DNA of 64,000 nt from Octopus bimaculoides. Its lineage: Eukaryota. This document shows, piece after piece, positions 24,649 through 37,659 of the stretch. Location: positions 64,026,465 to 64,090,464 of the forward strand of contig NC_068986.1 of the NCBI RefSeq assembly GCF_001194135.2, given 5' to 3'. Positions within the stretch are counted from its first letter, which is position 1, and every line of letters starts with the position of its first letter. Below the pieces are notes generated by a model, which saw nothing but the letters and a program-made list of their open reading frames with translations, was not told the origin of the DNA and searched no databases. A program made the translations under genes and the position numbers.

Positions 24649-25379
24649 AACTAATTTAGAGACGAACCACCACTCTACAACTCAGTCACTCAGAACCCGT
24701 CCAAATCCATGCTGTGAGGCATATACCATCTTAATATATCTAAGATTTTAATCTAAAAATTTAAATTAAATAATATATTACATAAATAAAGCATATAAAT
24801 AAATCATAGAAATATTAATTTAAAAAATTTAAAGTCAAATTTATAAATTGGACAGTAAAAATTAATACAATGATATACAGTATGGAAGTATAAATGTAAA
24901 AAGTTAGTGCTAGTACATAGACTACGCACGTTTCATGGCTGAAATAGGACTATATAAAATCATAAGCAAATTCTATCCGAGTCATTAGAACAGGGAAATG
25001 ATTTTACTCCCAAAATCAGTCACTCTTCAGGTCAAATCCCTAAGAAAATACCATGTTTATATTTATTCCTTGAATGATATTAGGTATTTTCTTAAGGATT
25101 TGACCTGAAGAGTGACTGATTTTGGGAGTAAAATCATTTCCCTGTTCTAATGACTCGGATAGAATTTGNNNNNNNNNNCCAATTTATAAATTTGACTTTT
25201 AAATTTTTTAAATATTTCTATGATTTATTTCTATGATTTATATGATTTATTTATGTAATATATTATTTAATTTAAATTTTTAGATTAAAATCTTAGATAT
25301 ATTAAGATGGTATATACCTCACAGCATGGATTTGGATGGGTTCTGAGTTGTAGAGTGGTGGTTCGTCTCTAAATTAGTT
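24649..25379. repeat. ~730-bp imperfect palindrome (long inverted repeat) carrying hammerhead motifs, embedded in (TA)n
   Basis: Left arm 24649-~25052 and right arm ~25083-25379, with a ~30-nt spacer. The arms differ by substitutions and an 8-nt indel. A 10-N gap lies in the right arm. Confidence 0.8.
24915..25040 (-). ncRNA. Type I hammerhead ribozyme motif with ~75-nt stem-II insert
   Basis: Minus strand gac-CTGAAGA (25030-25024); stem II gtgactga/tcagccat; GAAAC-gtgc-GTA (24934-24923); gtc. The 5' half is mirrored on plus from 25101 and lost in the N gap. Confidence 0.72.
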
Positions 25380-25544
25380 ATATACATATATATCATATAT
25401 TAGGAAACCCGGTATAATATTATACCGATTTTTGCCTGTAAGGTTGGAATAAATTTTTTATTCCCTAATATTATCACTATATATATAGTGTCAATCACTC
25501 ACACATTCACTCACTACAAAAAGTGGATAAAAAATTTCAGTTAT

Positions 25545-25830
25545 CTCTCTCTCTTTCTTTCTCTCTCTCTATTTCTTTCTCTCTCTCTCTTTCTCTCTCT
25601 CTCTCTTTCTCTCTCTCTCTTTCTCTCTCTCTCTTTCGTTCTCTCTCTCTCTTTCTTTCTCTCTCTCTTTCTTTCTCTCTCTCTCACATACACACATACC
25701 AGCAACATTACTCTCTCTGTCTCTTGACACACTAACAAAAGCAATACGCATACACACCACACATTCTGTCTTGCACACCCCATCAAACACACACAAACAA
25801 GCACAAACACACACGCGCGCGCGCGCACGC
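25545..25830. repeat. (CT)n and (CA)n/(CG)n microsatellite cluster
   Basis: Direct inspection; source of several spurious low-complexity ORFs. Confidence 0.9.
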
Positions 25831-26019
25831 ACACGCTCATACAATCACGATCTCCCTGCCTCTTTCGCTTTCACGCCGACTTCAAAAGATCCAAACATTA
25901 AAAAAATAAAATTTTTTTATGGAAACCGTCGATCATCTTAAAAAATCTAAATAAACACATGTGGTTTACAAGTGGTTTGTAAGTGACAGTCGTGTGTTCC
26001 CATATCGAAAGATCGCCCA

Positions 26020-27105
26020 ATGTTTTAATGATTAGACAGAGGTCCAATAGAATAGCTCTCAGAAACAGACTACGTACAAATTCGTTCTTCACAACTCCTG
26101 AAGCTGTTTTCTTATAAGAGGGTGGGAGTCAGGAAATTTTCATACAGCTGGAGGCTCCAATCGAAACAGGGGACCTGAAACAATAAGGTTGAGAAACGCT
26201 GTTATATATTATGCCTAACCGAAAACGATCACAGCCACATCATCCAAACAGAGTGGGTGAAACCGGGCTTAGCTGCCAGTCTATAATATAAATGGGACAT
26301 GGGCAATCATTGTATTCTTTCTTGTCTTGGGGTTCACAGCCAAACGGCTGGGTGGATTCGCATGAAAAATGGCACACATGTGGAGATGGGTGCATAGATT
26401 GGAATGCGGTTTGTATTTTTTCCCATACTTACTGAGAAAATTGATTAAAACTTTTCTAATAGCATTCCCCTGTTTGTTCCACCATTAAAACAACCAGTTG
26501 CTCACACAGCCGGCATATACCATTTCACTAGCAACAAGGGGAGTACAGGATGGCAGTCAGCCAAAACTTTCGCTATGTTTTCTCTCTTCTTTCACCTCTT
26601 TGTGGGGTTAATAATCTTAATCTTTAGTTACAGTTTCTCATTCAAACTACATAATAGGCAGAATTGTCAGATTAAGACAGTAGGGTGTTTTGAGGGAGAT
26701 TTGGCTGCTATTAGCTACGATGTAGAGGTCTGAACTTAATTTTCACACACATATTTGCATTTCAAAAATCTTCCATAAATCAACTATCGTAAACTTATAC
26801 ATACACGCAAGCACGCCCATATGCACGTGCACACACACGCACGTCCATTTCATATATCTTTCATTTTCTGCTCTCTGCAAATAAAATTTTTACAGATACA
26901 ACTGCTTACAAAAATTGGGATTAATGTATAATTTCTTTCTATGTTCATAATTGAATAAATGTTTTAATGATTAGACAGACGTCCAATAGAATAGCTCTCA
27001 GAAACAGACTACGTACAAATTCTTTCTTCACAACTCCTGAAGCCGTTTTCTGACAGGAGGGGGTGAAACCTTCATACAGCTGGAGGCTCCAATCGAAACG
27101 GGAGT
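26020..27105 (+). repeat. Two ~150-bp direct copies of a hAT-like non-autonomous fragment (26020-26201, 26960-27105)
   Basis: atgttttaatgattagacaga..ctggaggctccaatcgaaac is repeated. The first copy ends aaggttgagaaacgctg (Charlie-type TIR-like). Confidence 0.6.
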
Positions 27106-27235
27106 AAGTTTATTAGCATAGTAAACTGTGTGTCTGTGTGTGCGTGCATGCGGCAATATAAATAATAACACAATACATATGACAGGCCTTCATGTACAAG
27201 AGTATGTATACATAAATATGTGTTATTTCTTTACT

Positions 27236-27454
27236 ACCCACAAGGGGCTACACACAGAGGGGAAAACAACGACAGACAAATGGATTAAGTCGATAATACC
27301 GATCCCAGTGCGTAACTGGTACTTATTTAATCGACCCCGAAAGGATGAAAGGCAAAGTCGACCTCGGCAGAATTTGAACTCAGAATGTAGCGGCAGACAA
27401 AATACCGCTAAGCATTTCGCCTGGCGTGCTGACGTTTCTGCCAGCTCGCCGCCT
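27236..27454 (-). mobile_element. Near full-length tRNA-derived SINE
   Basis: A/B-box head (ggcggcgagctggcagaa..gttcaaattc) plus core; CpG-rich, so relatively young. Confidence 0.85.
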
Positions 27455-27499
27455 TCAGTAAATATGTGTATGCATAAATATACATAAATATGTGTATGC

Positions 27500-28173
27500 G
27501 TGTGAATGAGAAATACAGAGCATGGAAATGAGAGTCTGTAACATAGATGATAAGCATCGGAACACAAAGATTGGAAATCACCAGTTCATAGTTGAGTTAC
27601 ACAGTAGATAGAATGTCTGTACATAAGAGGTTGTGGCTTCTAGGTAGAGTTAAGTCACGTATCGGGAAGATGAGGCTGCTATGCTGAGCCGGTTACTTGA
27701 ATACAGGAGATTCTTGCAGGTTGTTCTGGCTGTTACTTCATGGTGGAAACAATCCACACAAACAGTGTTGAGATGGAACCACGGTTGCTATTGGTAGTGT
27801 GTACACTGGTGGCGTCGTGTTGACGTTGGCGACAAGGCTGTAGTAAACAGTAGAATGGTGGTGTTGACGTTGTCACTGAAAACTGGCCGGAGCTGTGTTC
27901 CGTGTGGTGGTCAACGACCAGACCTCAAAGAGATCTAAAATAGCAAACAACTGGCGTGGATAAAGCAGGCTTATTTATAGGTAAAAAGGGGCTCCAGAAA
28001 TCTCAGAAAAACACTCTCTCACGTGACCTTATTAATTAGAAGACCACGATTGGTCGGTATGCACCCTGGCACGAAACAGAACTGGAAACAAATGCCACGC
28101 GAATAAGAGCCAATCAGGGTGATAGACACAGCAGGGTCCAAGGCGGGTCCAAGGCTACGTGTTACCCACTACG
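27500..28173 (-). mobile_element. Possible solo LTR or other young promoter-bearing repeat
   Basis: CpG-rich block. Minus strand begins cgtagtggg (TGTAGTGG-like), with CCAAT boxes and a TATAAATA at ~27975. No TSD or clear second end found. Confidence 0.35.
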
Positions 28174-28269
28174 TTTGCATTTAAGAATATATAACCGAGA
28201 GAGAAGCTTCCGCTACACTGCTTTCCCCTGTGGTCTCCCCACACTAAACAAAACATGACAAGAATTGAG

Positions 28270-28680
28270 TCACTTCAGTGAGCATTCACTAAAAAAATTA
28301 AGGGCATGATTAATCTTGATTGTTGGGATCACTTTAAAACATTGAATCTTTATTCTCTCCAGCACCACTGTGAGCATCACGTCATTTGCACAGTGTGGAG
28401 AATGTACCACCAGCATTGTTCAAGCGACCTTAACATTAGATTCAGAATTCATCCAAGACTTGGGCCATGTGCCATGTGTAATTCAGGCTTATAACACATA
28501 AATTCACTGCAACACAATTTCTTTTCCTCAATAGGCCCTGCTCTATTTAACATTATACCAAAACAAATCAAAGAAAAGGATCCTATCACCTTCAAACAAA
28601 ACTCAGACAAATCCTTTCAAGGGATATCAGACAAGCCACCTATACCTGGATACATCTCAGTCAACAACAACCATGATACC
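28270..28680 (+). mobile_element. CR1-clade LINE 3' fragment
   Basis: HPRLG...GPALFNIIPKQIK...FKQNSDK...DKPPIPGY..VNNN resembles a CR1 ORF2 C-terminus. Confidence 0.6.
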
Positions 28681-30319
28681 ACAAAACTTTAAAAAATGAC
28701 TTAATAGATCCTAATCAGGTGGTTAGACATGGCCTGAGCCAATCTTTGGCCAAAACATCTCTAAGTTATCTAAGATATTGATCAGCCACCCTGTTAATCA
28801 TTGAAGTGTTCTTTGATCTGTCTTATAGTTATTGCTGAAGCAGATATATTCAATACAAGGATGACTGGTCAAACTTTTGGAAACAGTCCAATTGTTCTAC
28901 ACCCCAAATACAATAAATTTCAACTATTCTGGCAGCCATTACTTGTATTATGCATGATACACTATCATACAGTGTTTGATTATGTTGTTAAGTATAGAAT
29001 GGAAGTATTGCAACTTATTACCCAATACTCTTTTGCTTTTGGCAGTGCTACAGTGAAGATACATCATTGTTATTGCTTGTCATTGCTTAGCTCCAAGTTT
29101 ATTTTAATACAGCAGACCTGTGATGAAAAACATTCTAGCCATAATCGTCTCATTTTTTTGTTTTGTATATCAAGACCACATTTTCCAATGTGATCTTTCT
29201 TTCTCAGATAGTCTAAGATGGTCCTGTGTGATTTGAGAAGTCCTTGGCTACTATTTTTAGTAGAGTGAACAATTATGTGGAATCTTCCTCAAGGACTCAT
29301 AAGCAGGGTAGATTCATTTGGCATGGAGAAGTTTTGAATTTTCTTTGAATTCACTGGTTGAGTCTCACTCCACTTGACTAATTGTGCTTATTTTACCATG
29401 AATTATGTAAAAAAAAAAAGTCTTCAGTAAACTAAGGATCCTCATACACCCTTCTCATTCAATTTATATATCTAAACCAAATTAGCTTCAAGCCCTCTGC
29501 ATACTTCTTTTACTACATATTATAGTCTCAAGTTCATTTCATATAATTTTAAATGTTTTACATTATAAAGTGGTAATTCTAAAACGTTTTCCATTCAGTG
29601 TACTTGGTTCTATAACCAGAAAAGTAGGTCACACAAGACTATAGAAAGTAATAAAACCACATGGTATTTCAAAAGAAGGATAATACGATTAAATTATCCC
29701 AATACTTGACTGGTACTTTATTTTATCACCTCTAGATAAATGAAAGGCAAAGATAGTCTTTGGAGGATTAGCTCAATATATGAGTGAATACCTTCACTCA
29801 TAATGTCTCTGGAAATAATCCCAACATCCCTTAGATGTTTAGATTATTTCCAGTGTGGAGAGGCAGTAGCAGAGCTCACTTTAAGCTATCAAGTCACAGT
29901 TACACCAAAATGTTTCTTTATTTATGTTCTTATGTTGTCTACTGCTAAGTAAACAACTTGGGTATTATTGAGATGACTCCATGGCCTTAACTTAGGCACA
30001 ACACTGTGTTACCAACAGAATAGGATTGTATCACACTATTGTAAAGAATTGACAGTATATTTACTCAGTCATTGCAATACCCCAGTTTGTATCATGAAAA
30101 GTTTAACACTGCTTTAAACATTTTATTGTATTAGTTTGTCAGATACATTTAATCATTTTTTAAACATTTATTTTAATCCTATTTTTCACCAAAATCATTC
30201 AATTTTGGTTGCTCATTCTAGCATATTGAGAGACCATACAGATATTCCCCTAATCAGTTTCTACCAAAGAAAACAACTTTTTTTAAGAAATGATGTATCT
30301 AATGATGATGATGATGATG

Positions 30320-32861
30320 ATTTTATGATATTCACAGACCACAAATCCCTTACCTTTACTCTCTTTACCAAGTTTATACAAGTATTTGCTGTGAGAGACC
30401 TGATATCTTGATTACATATTGAAGTTTTCAGCATATTCGGCATATCTCTGGTTCTAGCAATATTGCTGATGCCTTATCTCACTTGCCTGTCTGTTCATCG
30501 TTGTCTGCTTCTACAATAGACTTGATTGCTTTGTCAGATAACCAATCACTGCTATCGTCCTTGGATGTTTCCTCTGAACAATTCGCGTCTTGCCGATTCG
30601 AGTATTTGCCATTAACAACTTCTGATGGAGATATAATGTGTGATACTTCTACTGGCTTACCTCATCCACTCATACTAGGGTCTCATCATCATACTGTCTT
30701 CAATGCCCTGCATACCTCATCACATCCTGGCATAGCAACTTCAATAAAGCTTATTACAGCTCGTTTTTTCTGGCCAAATATGTGATGGAATATTACAGCA
30801 TGGTTGCGTTCTTGTTTGCAATGCTAGCACTCAAAAGTACACAGACATGTTTGAGTACCTCTTGGCACCTTTGAAAATCTGAACGCATGTTTTCAACACA
30901 TCCTTATTGACTTGGTTGGTCTTTGGCCGGTTAGTCACAGATTCACTTTCATGTATTGACTGCTTTTCACGTTTGCCTGAAGCCATCCTTCTGGTTGATA
31001 TCAGCACAGAATCAGTAGCACAAGCCTTCATATCAGGTTTGATTTCACGTTTTGGTGTTCCATTACAGATTACTACTGATTGCAGGAGGCAATTTGAATC
31101 CCAGCTTTTCCAACAACTTTCAAGCATCTTAGGAGTTTGCCACATCCAGATGACTAGTTATCATCCAGCATCAAATGGCATGGTGAAATGGTTCCACTGT
31201 CAATTAAAGGCGTTGTTACGTGCCTATCCAGATTCTAATCAATTGTGTGAATTTCTGTCTGTTGTTCTTTTGGGTTGTCGCTCATCAGTGAAAGAGGATC
31301 TTGGATACTCTCCTGCTGAACTTCTCTACGGTTCACCATTATCCCTACCAGGCCAGATGTTGGCACTTGTGGACTTATTGACTCAAGATCCTTCATCTTA
31401 TGTACATAGACTACAGACTTATTTTTCAGATCTTCCACCAATGTCTTTTAGACATCAGACTGTGCTTGCTGCTCTTCCAGGGGACGATTCTGTGAGAGGC
31501 CCACTTATTCAATCCTATAAGGGGCCTTATCATGTCCTGGGGAAAATGTCAAAAGCATTTTCCATAGACATTAATGGATCTAAACAGACTGTTTCATTCG
31601 ATGGGGGTAAAGCAAGCTTTTTCTGAAGCTCTCATTCCAGAACCAAATATCTCTATCCACTTTCCATCTCTGGCATCTACAGACATTGCACTCATGCAAA
31701 CAAGCATGCATCTCCTGCTCCACTACCACATGTCACAATTACTTGTACTGGGCATCATGTACACTGGCCTAAGAAATTATGTAAGACTGTATATATTGTG
31801 CCCTGACTTTTTCCAAGCACTTTCTTTGCATGCTTTTGACATTTTTTTCTTATGTTGCATATGCCATTTCTTCAAACATTTGGAACTATTGCGTTAATTT
31901 TAGTATGTTTTATTTTCTCTTTGCACTGTTGTTTTTTGTCTCCTTTTTCTTCCTTACCTTGCATGCCTTTTCCTGATCTTTTCACTTCCTCTGCTTTGTT
32001 CCCTAGGTTGGCCTTTTGCTACAACATACCTCTTTTTTGACTTACAGTCGCAGGGGGAGTAGTATAGCAAGGGCCATAAAGGCTAAAGGGAACAGGACAG
32101 AGTTATGTTCTCTCATTCTATTGTTGGTAGGTGGTGCTTCAATGGCACTTCCACTAGGGAGGTATAAAACCCTAGTTGGACATCCAGTCTCTCTTTTTCT
32201 GTTTCCCCTTCTGGCCAGGCAGCTTGTCAACTGCCCACACAGCTAGGACTCCTAACTTTCTTATACTCCTGGCCATGACAACTACCATGCTATGTAACTA
32301 GAGCAATGCTCGCTCTCTATTCTTTGAGCATGAACCTTTAACCCTCAATGACTACTGGCTTAATTATTAGCCACACCAACTAACTAAGTTCACTAATGAG
32401 AAAACAAACAGTTTGTACACCTTCTATATTATTTCGCACACACCTTTATAAAACATGATGATATGAAATTTGTTATACATAACCTTGTCTGAACATTGTT
32501 TGTCACATACACATACACACAACACAACACTAAACAAATGAACCAGACTAATGCTTGACTCTATCCTAAAAGACTCTTCTCTACACACAAGGAAGCTATA
32601 ACATACAAAACAGAAACAGAATACACTGAAACAATTAATTCAGATAACATACAAAAAAACAGAACTTTACATTCCTCCAATCCACACAAAAATAGGAATA
32701 GGAAGACATACTCAGGAACATGGAGCTGTACCAGGTGGTGCAGTAGAAACTTGCATGATGCTTCCAAAGAAAACCATTTCATACTAATAAAAATAAAAAT
32801 AGTAATTATAATAATTAATTTATTTGTCACTAGTAATTATAATAACATATTTGTCACTATA
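30320..32861 (+). mobile_element. 5'-truncated Gypsy element: RNase H end, integrase, PPT and putative 3' LTR (32063-~32861)
   Basis: FTDHKSLTF, H..SHPG..C..C zinc finger, FGVPLQITTD.RRQFES, YHPASNGMV. PPT agggggagtag at 32052-32062. LTR-like region has TATAAAA and AATAAA; its end is tentative. Confidence 0.8.
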
Positions 32862-33099
32862 GAAGAGGCTGATAATTACAGAAATATAAACTTAAATAGA
32901 AAAAATTGAAAGAGAGAAAAATATGAAATACAAGTTTACATGGTATACAAATAATAAGAGCTGATGCAGTCCTCCTGGAACAGGACCCACCCCCACCCCA
33001 TTTTAGGCCAATGATGGAGCCACAAAGAACCAAAATTACCTTGAACACCAAAGGCAAGTGCTCTCTCCCTCTAACTGTCATTCTCCAACTTATAAGTTT

Positions 33100-35110
33100 A
33101 TATTTCGAGCAGTTCCATCCACTCTTACCGTTTTTACCACTCTCATCCATTTTTCAATAAATCTGGAGATAGCACATCCCTCTCCAACCTCATCTTCTTG
33201 TCCAAGTGAAACTTGAAAAAGTAGACGAGACCCCTACCAAATGAGAAAGTCTCTATACTCATATTTTTCAAACTTGTCCACTACACAATTTATTTTGCTA
33301 TAACCACTAAACAGAAGAAAACTGCTTTCTCTGCCCACTTAAGGGAATGTGGCAGGGTAATAATTACAAGGGACTTGGTTGATAGCCAAATCTCTCCTGC
33401 GAGTAACAGCAGCTGTTTCACATATCCCCTATAAATCAGCATTGAACAAGTGAATGCAAAACAGTTTTGTCACTCTCTATACATTTTGTGGGACAGGTCA
33501 ATTTAATGGCACTTCTGTGCTAGTACAGTTTATCTTGAACTGATACAACTCCTTGGTAAGCACTGTCTGGTTAAAGACTTTTGGAGATTACCTATGGTGG
33601 TCTCTGATTTGAAGCTTCTCTGGAACAGCCTCACCAGTTAGCTTACACCAATATCCAGAGTTTCCCTGAGAATGTTGTCACATTTCCCTGCTACTAATCC
33701 ACTGTAAATTGCTTGAGTGTTAACATTCACCAAATCCATTGCCTGAGTGATGGAGGGTGGTGGGCATTTAACAACATTTTAGATTCCAGGTAGCCAGTCT
33801 CAGTTTTTGCTTCACTGAAGACTGCAGCTCTATGAAGATGTATCTCATGAACGGTGACTACATGTTTAGCAGCCTGCTTTAAAGAGGTGGGCTGGCAGCA
33901 GATAGACTGCCTGATCAGTAGAACATGTCCTTCCACAAGAAGCTGAGTAATAGTCACCCCAGTCTAATTTAGTAGTAACTGAGGCAAAGCACAATGGTCA
34001 GGTGATAAACAATAATGGGAACAAGGCTGATATTCACCACCTGTGCTTCACCTTTTAGGATCAGCTTCCTCTGGCCTATTACTGAGTAAGCCTGGCTACC
34101 CTGCTTGTTACCTTGTCTTAGTTCAATTCCATCTGGAGATTGGGACTGAAGTAGACCCCAAGCAATTTAACCAGTCTGTTAGTCCAGCATCCCATGATGC
34201 TACTTGACAGCATGGGCTTTAATTGCTGAGTTGCAAGACCACCAACTTGGCTGGGTTGATCTTAACTTTTGCTACTACCATATCCATTTAGAATGGTGCC
34301 AACCACTTGCACTTCAGTGGCATCTGATACAATGATAATGATGTCTTCTGCTGTTGCCATAACCCTCCTTGATCTTTGTTGAAAGCGATGTCCTTCAAAT
34401 GTTTCATCTTCTGTAGTAGTGGCCCAAATGCCAGTATGTACAGAAAAAGTGAGAGGGGAAAGCTGTTGGACTGAGTGTGTGATATGAATAATCCCAGTGG
34501 GTGGCCATTTACTTTGACAATTAAACTGTGGGTATCTTTCACTATCCTTATTCACTGGCCAAACAACACTCTAGATACAATCTGGATAACCCACTGATGT
34601 TGCTCCATGTCCAAACTGGCACACCAGGAAATCTAATCAGTATCTGTCAGCCAGCTGGAAACTTCTGAGCAGATTTTTGAGGCTTTTGCACCCCATCCTA
34701 CTATATGCTTGACCCATAAGTCCTGTTGTATATCTGAAATGCAGTTCCAGTCCTTCATTAGCAGTTGAGATCAGAACATCTTCATAAAAGCTCCTTGATT
34801 TATGGGGAAATTGGGCTGTCTTTTCCTGTGTGAGTATAAATGGCCACTAGTCTGAAGATATCACCTTTGCTGCAGTTCATGTCCATGGCCACCGTCTTGC
34901 TATCCAGATTCAGAAAGACAACCTGTTGTCCCACCACCTGATCTTAACAGATTAAGCGATGAAAGTATCTCATAGTCATCAAAAATGGGCGTGAGTGCTT
35001 GTGCTCCAGAGTTCCTGGTTTTACTGATGGTCACCATATCTATGTCTAGCAACCTCACATCATGGAGCAAATGACTTTGCTTTAAAGCCGACCTAAGACT
35101 ACGTACATTT
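33100..35110 (-). mobile_element. Decayed L1/Tx1-clade LINE ORF2 (APE start, RT, C-terminus) with deletions
   Basis: LRSALKQSHLLHDVR..DMVTISKT (APE); VKVNGH..FPLSLFLYILAFGPLLQK and KINPAK (RT); LVYFFKFHLDKKMRLER..RFIEKW (C-terminus). Confidence 0.7.
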
Positions 35111-35899
35111 AGACTCCCTGCCCAGAACAGCTATATTTTTTTGGAGGAAGAAAATGGAAAGTTTATTCACCACAGCCATAATAATCCTTTCTACTATGCA
35201 CAAGGCCTGAAATTTTGGGGGAGGGGGCTGGTTGATTACATTGACCCTAGTGCGTAACTGGTAATTATTTCATTGATCTTGAAAAGATGAAAGGCAAGGT
35301 TGACCTCAGTGGAATTTTAGTTTAAAATGCAAGGATGGACAAAATGCTGCATAGCATTTTGCCTGGTGTGCCAGCTTGCTGGCTCCACCATGGTCATAAC
35401 AATACAAATAATTCTTCCTAATTTTGGCATAAGGCCAGCAATTTTGAGAGGGAGTGGCTAAGTCAGTTACATTAACCACAATACTTGAATGATACTTTTT
35501 TATCAACTCCCAAAGGATGAAAGCCAAAGAGAACATTAGTAGAATTTGAACGCAGAGAAAACACTGCAAAAAATTATAACAATTCAGCCAGCTCATTGTT
35601 ATAATAATAATAATAATCGTTTTTATCTGCCCCAAGGGCGCTGGATGAAAGGACATTACAAGGACAAACTGGAAAAATGGTGTGGAAGTTTATATTAAAC
35701 GACTATGAAGAAACAAGCTTGAAAAAGTACATTATAAATGATAATAGTTTCTAACAGTCACAAAAGTTTGTGGGAAAATTATAGTAAATTTCATTGCTTT
35801 CAGTACTTGGCTGGTATTTGGTTTGTCAACCGCCTAAGGATGAAAGGCAAAGTCAACCTCGGCAGGATATTAACGTAAAGGGAGGTAATATATCGCAAG

Positions 35900-36003
35900 A
35901 ATAGCATTCAATCTGGAAATTCTATAACGGCACACAGTTTATTATTTACACCGTTAGTACAAATGACTTTCGCTTGTCTTTGAGGGCAGATGTAATCTAG
36001 CAG
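35900..36003 (+). other. Candidate non-coding first exon of MRPL2
   Basis: CpG-containing unique sequence ending CAG|gtaaac. The first coding exon has an acceptor upstream of its ATG, so a 5' exon is required. Confidence 0.4.
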
Positions 36004-36667
36004 GTAAACTTTATATTTATTTATTTACCATTTTAAATGATTCTGTATGTTTTTAATTCAATAATAGAAATATATAGTACATTGATTCATATATAAATAT
36101 TTATAAAACTTTTATGTGTCATTATACGAATTTATACTGCTTTTTGGTGCACATTCTCTTTTTAAATGAACTAAGGGAACTTCTATTTGGTCGTTTAACC
36201 TGCTAGAAACAGCAATCAAATCTTCCTCAAGCCAACACCCTATCTTAAAGTAGGAAACGTAAGATAGTGTAGTTTCAAATTCACATTTCTTGAAAAACGA
36301 AACAAAAACATGGTCATGACTGGAACGTCTTTTGCCATGAGTCTTATGAAACTGACTGATTTGGGGTTAAACAACAGTGTTTTGGAGTGTAAGTTGAGTG
36401 CATCCTGATGTATTAAGCCCGTCTGTCTGATTTAACAACTTGACTTAATACATTTGGATCCGAAAAAAAAGTATAGTCATGACTTGTAAGATTTTCATCA
36501 TAGATCTGTGCAACCAGTGCTAACCTAGGGCTATACAACAACGTATTGAGATAGAAATGATCCAAAGAATGTTAGCATCATATTCCTTAATACAGCTTCA
36601 CACAAAATAATAGCAAATCTAAATGAGACCCTTTGTAAATGTTAATAGCAGAGTGAAAAGTTTTGAG

Positions 36668-37628
36668 GCGTGACTGTGGTTAAGAAGCTCGTTTTGCAAC
36701 CACGTGTTTTCGGGTTCAATCTCACTGCATGGTACCTTAGTGTTATGCGAATAGTGCTATGATTTCAGTGATTTCACTTGACATAAAGGACATGCGCATT
36801 TGATGATCAGAGAGAGAGAGAGAGAAAATTACTTTCTTTCAGCTAGGGATTACAGCTGATTCATAACAACCAAAGAAACTAATTTCCAAATCTTGAAGAA
36901 GTTGTTGAATAATGTAAAGAGAATAAAATTAATGAAAAGACGAGTACAAATTGGGAAGAATACCAGATATGGAAAGATACTTGAAATCGGACAGATTGAC
37001 TACCAAATGCTGACAAGACTTTTAATCATTGGTTTAGAACTTTCACTAACTTTATAGACTCACTACCAAGGCAGGAAGGTAGTATTATCAATAAACTCAT
37101 CTTTTGATTAATTATGTGGAACCGAATGTATATAAATTCATCAGTGAAGTTAAGAACTATGAACAAACTGTAAATACACAAAAGAGTGTGTATATTAAAC
37201 CAAGAGCATCATAATGGCATGCCAGCTTTTGGCCACAAGAAGACAAAAACTGGGAGAATCTCTAGATCAGTTCTTAAATGAACTCAAAATATTAGCAAAA
37301 GACTGTGACGTTGTTGCAGTGAGTACTGAGCAGTACTGGTGTTAAATGATTTGTGATGCGTTTATAAATGGACTAATTTCAAATCAGATAAGACAAAGAC
37401 TATTAGAAAACAAAATTGTTGACTTCAGTACTGTTTATGATCAAACATGTTTGCTAGATATGGTGCAGCAGTGTTCCAGTGTCTTTTCAAACTTTGAGTG
37501 TGCCAACTTCAGTCCCTGGACTATGATTGAAAATTAGTTTCTTTGAGCCAGGAATTACTGATCATTCATAAAACTTAGGCAAGAGCCTTGTGAGCAAACT
37601 AGGAAGACAAAAACTGTATGGAAGGCCA

Positions 37629-37632
<4 letters not shown>
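36668..37632 (+). mobile_element. CORE-type SINE split by a Gypsy LTR+gag fragment (36741-~37540)
   Basis: SINE head 36668-36740; TG..CA segment 36741-36948; gag from ATG 36969 (HWFRTF..LLATRRQ..GESLDQFLNELK.LAKDC..DAFINGL.S..IRQRLLE); SINE tail ~37570-37632. Confidence 0.7.

Positions 37633-37654
<22 letters not shown>

Positions 37655-37659
<5 letters not shown>

Noticed and set aside
22500-25844. YIYI/HTHT/SLSL/RERE ORFs
   Set aside because: Translations of (TA)n, (CA)n and (CT)n microsatellites.
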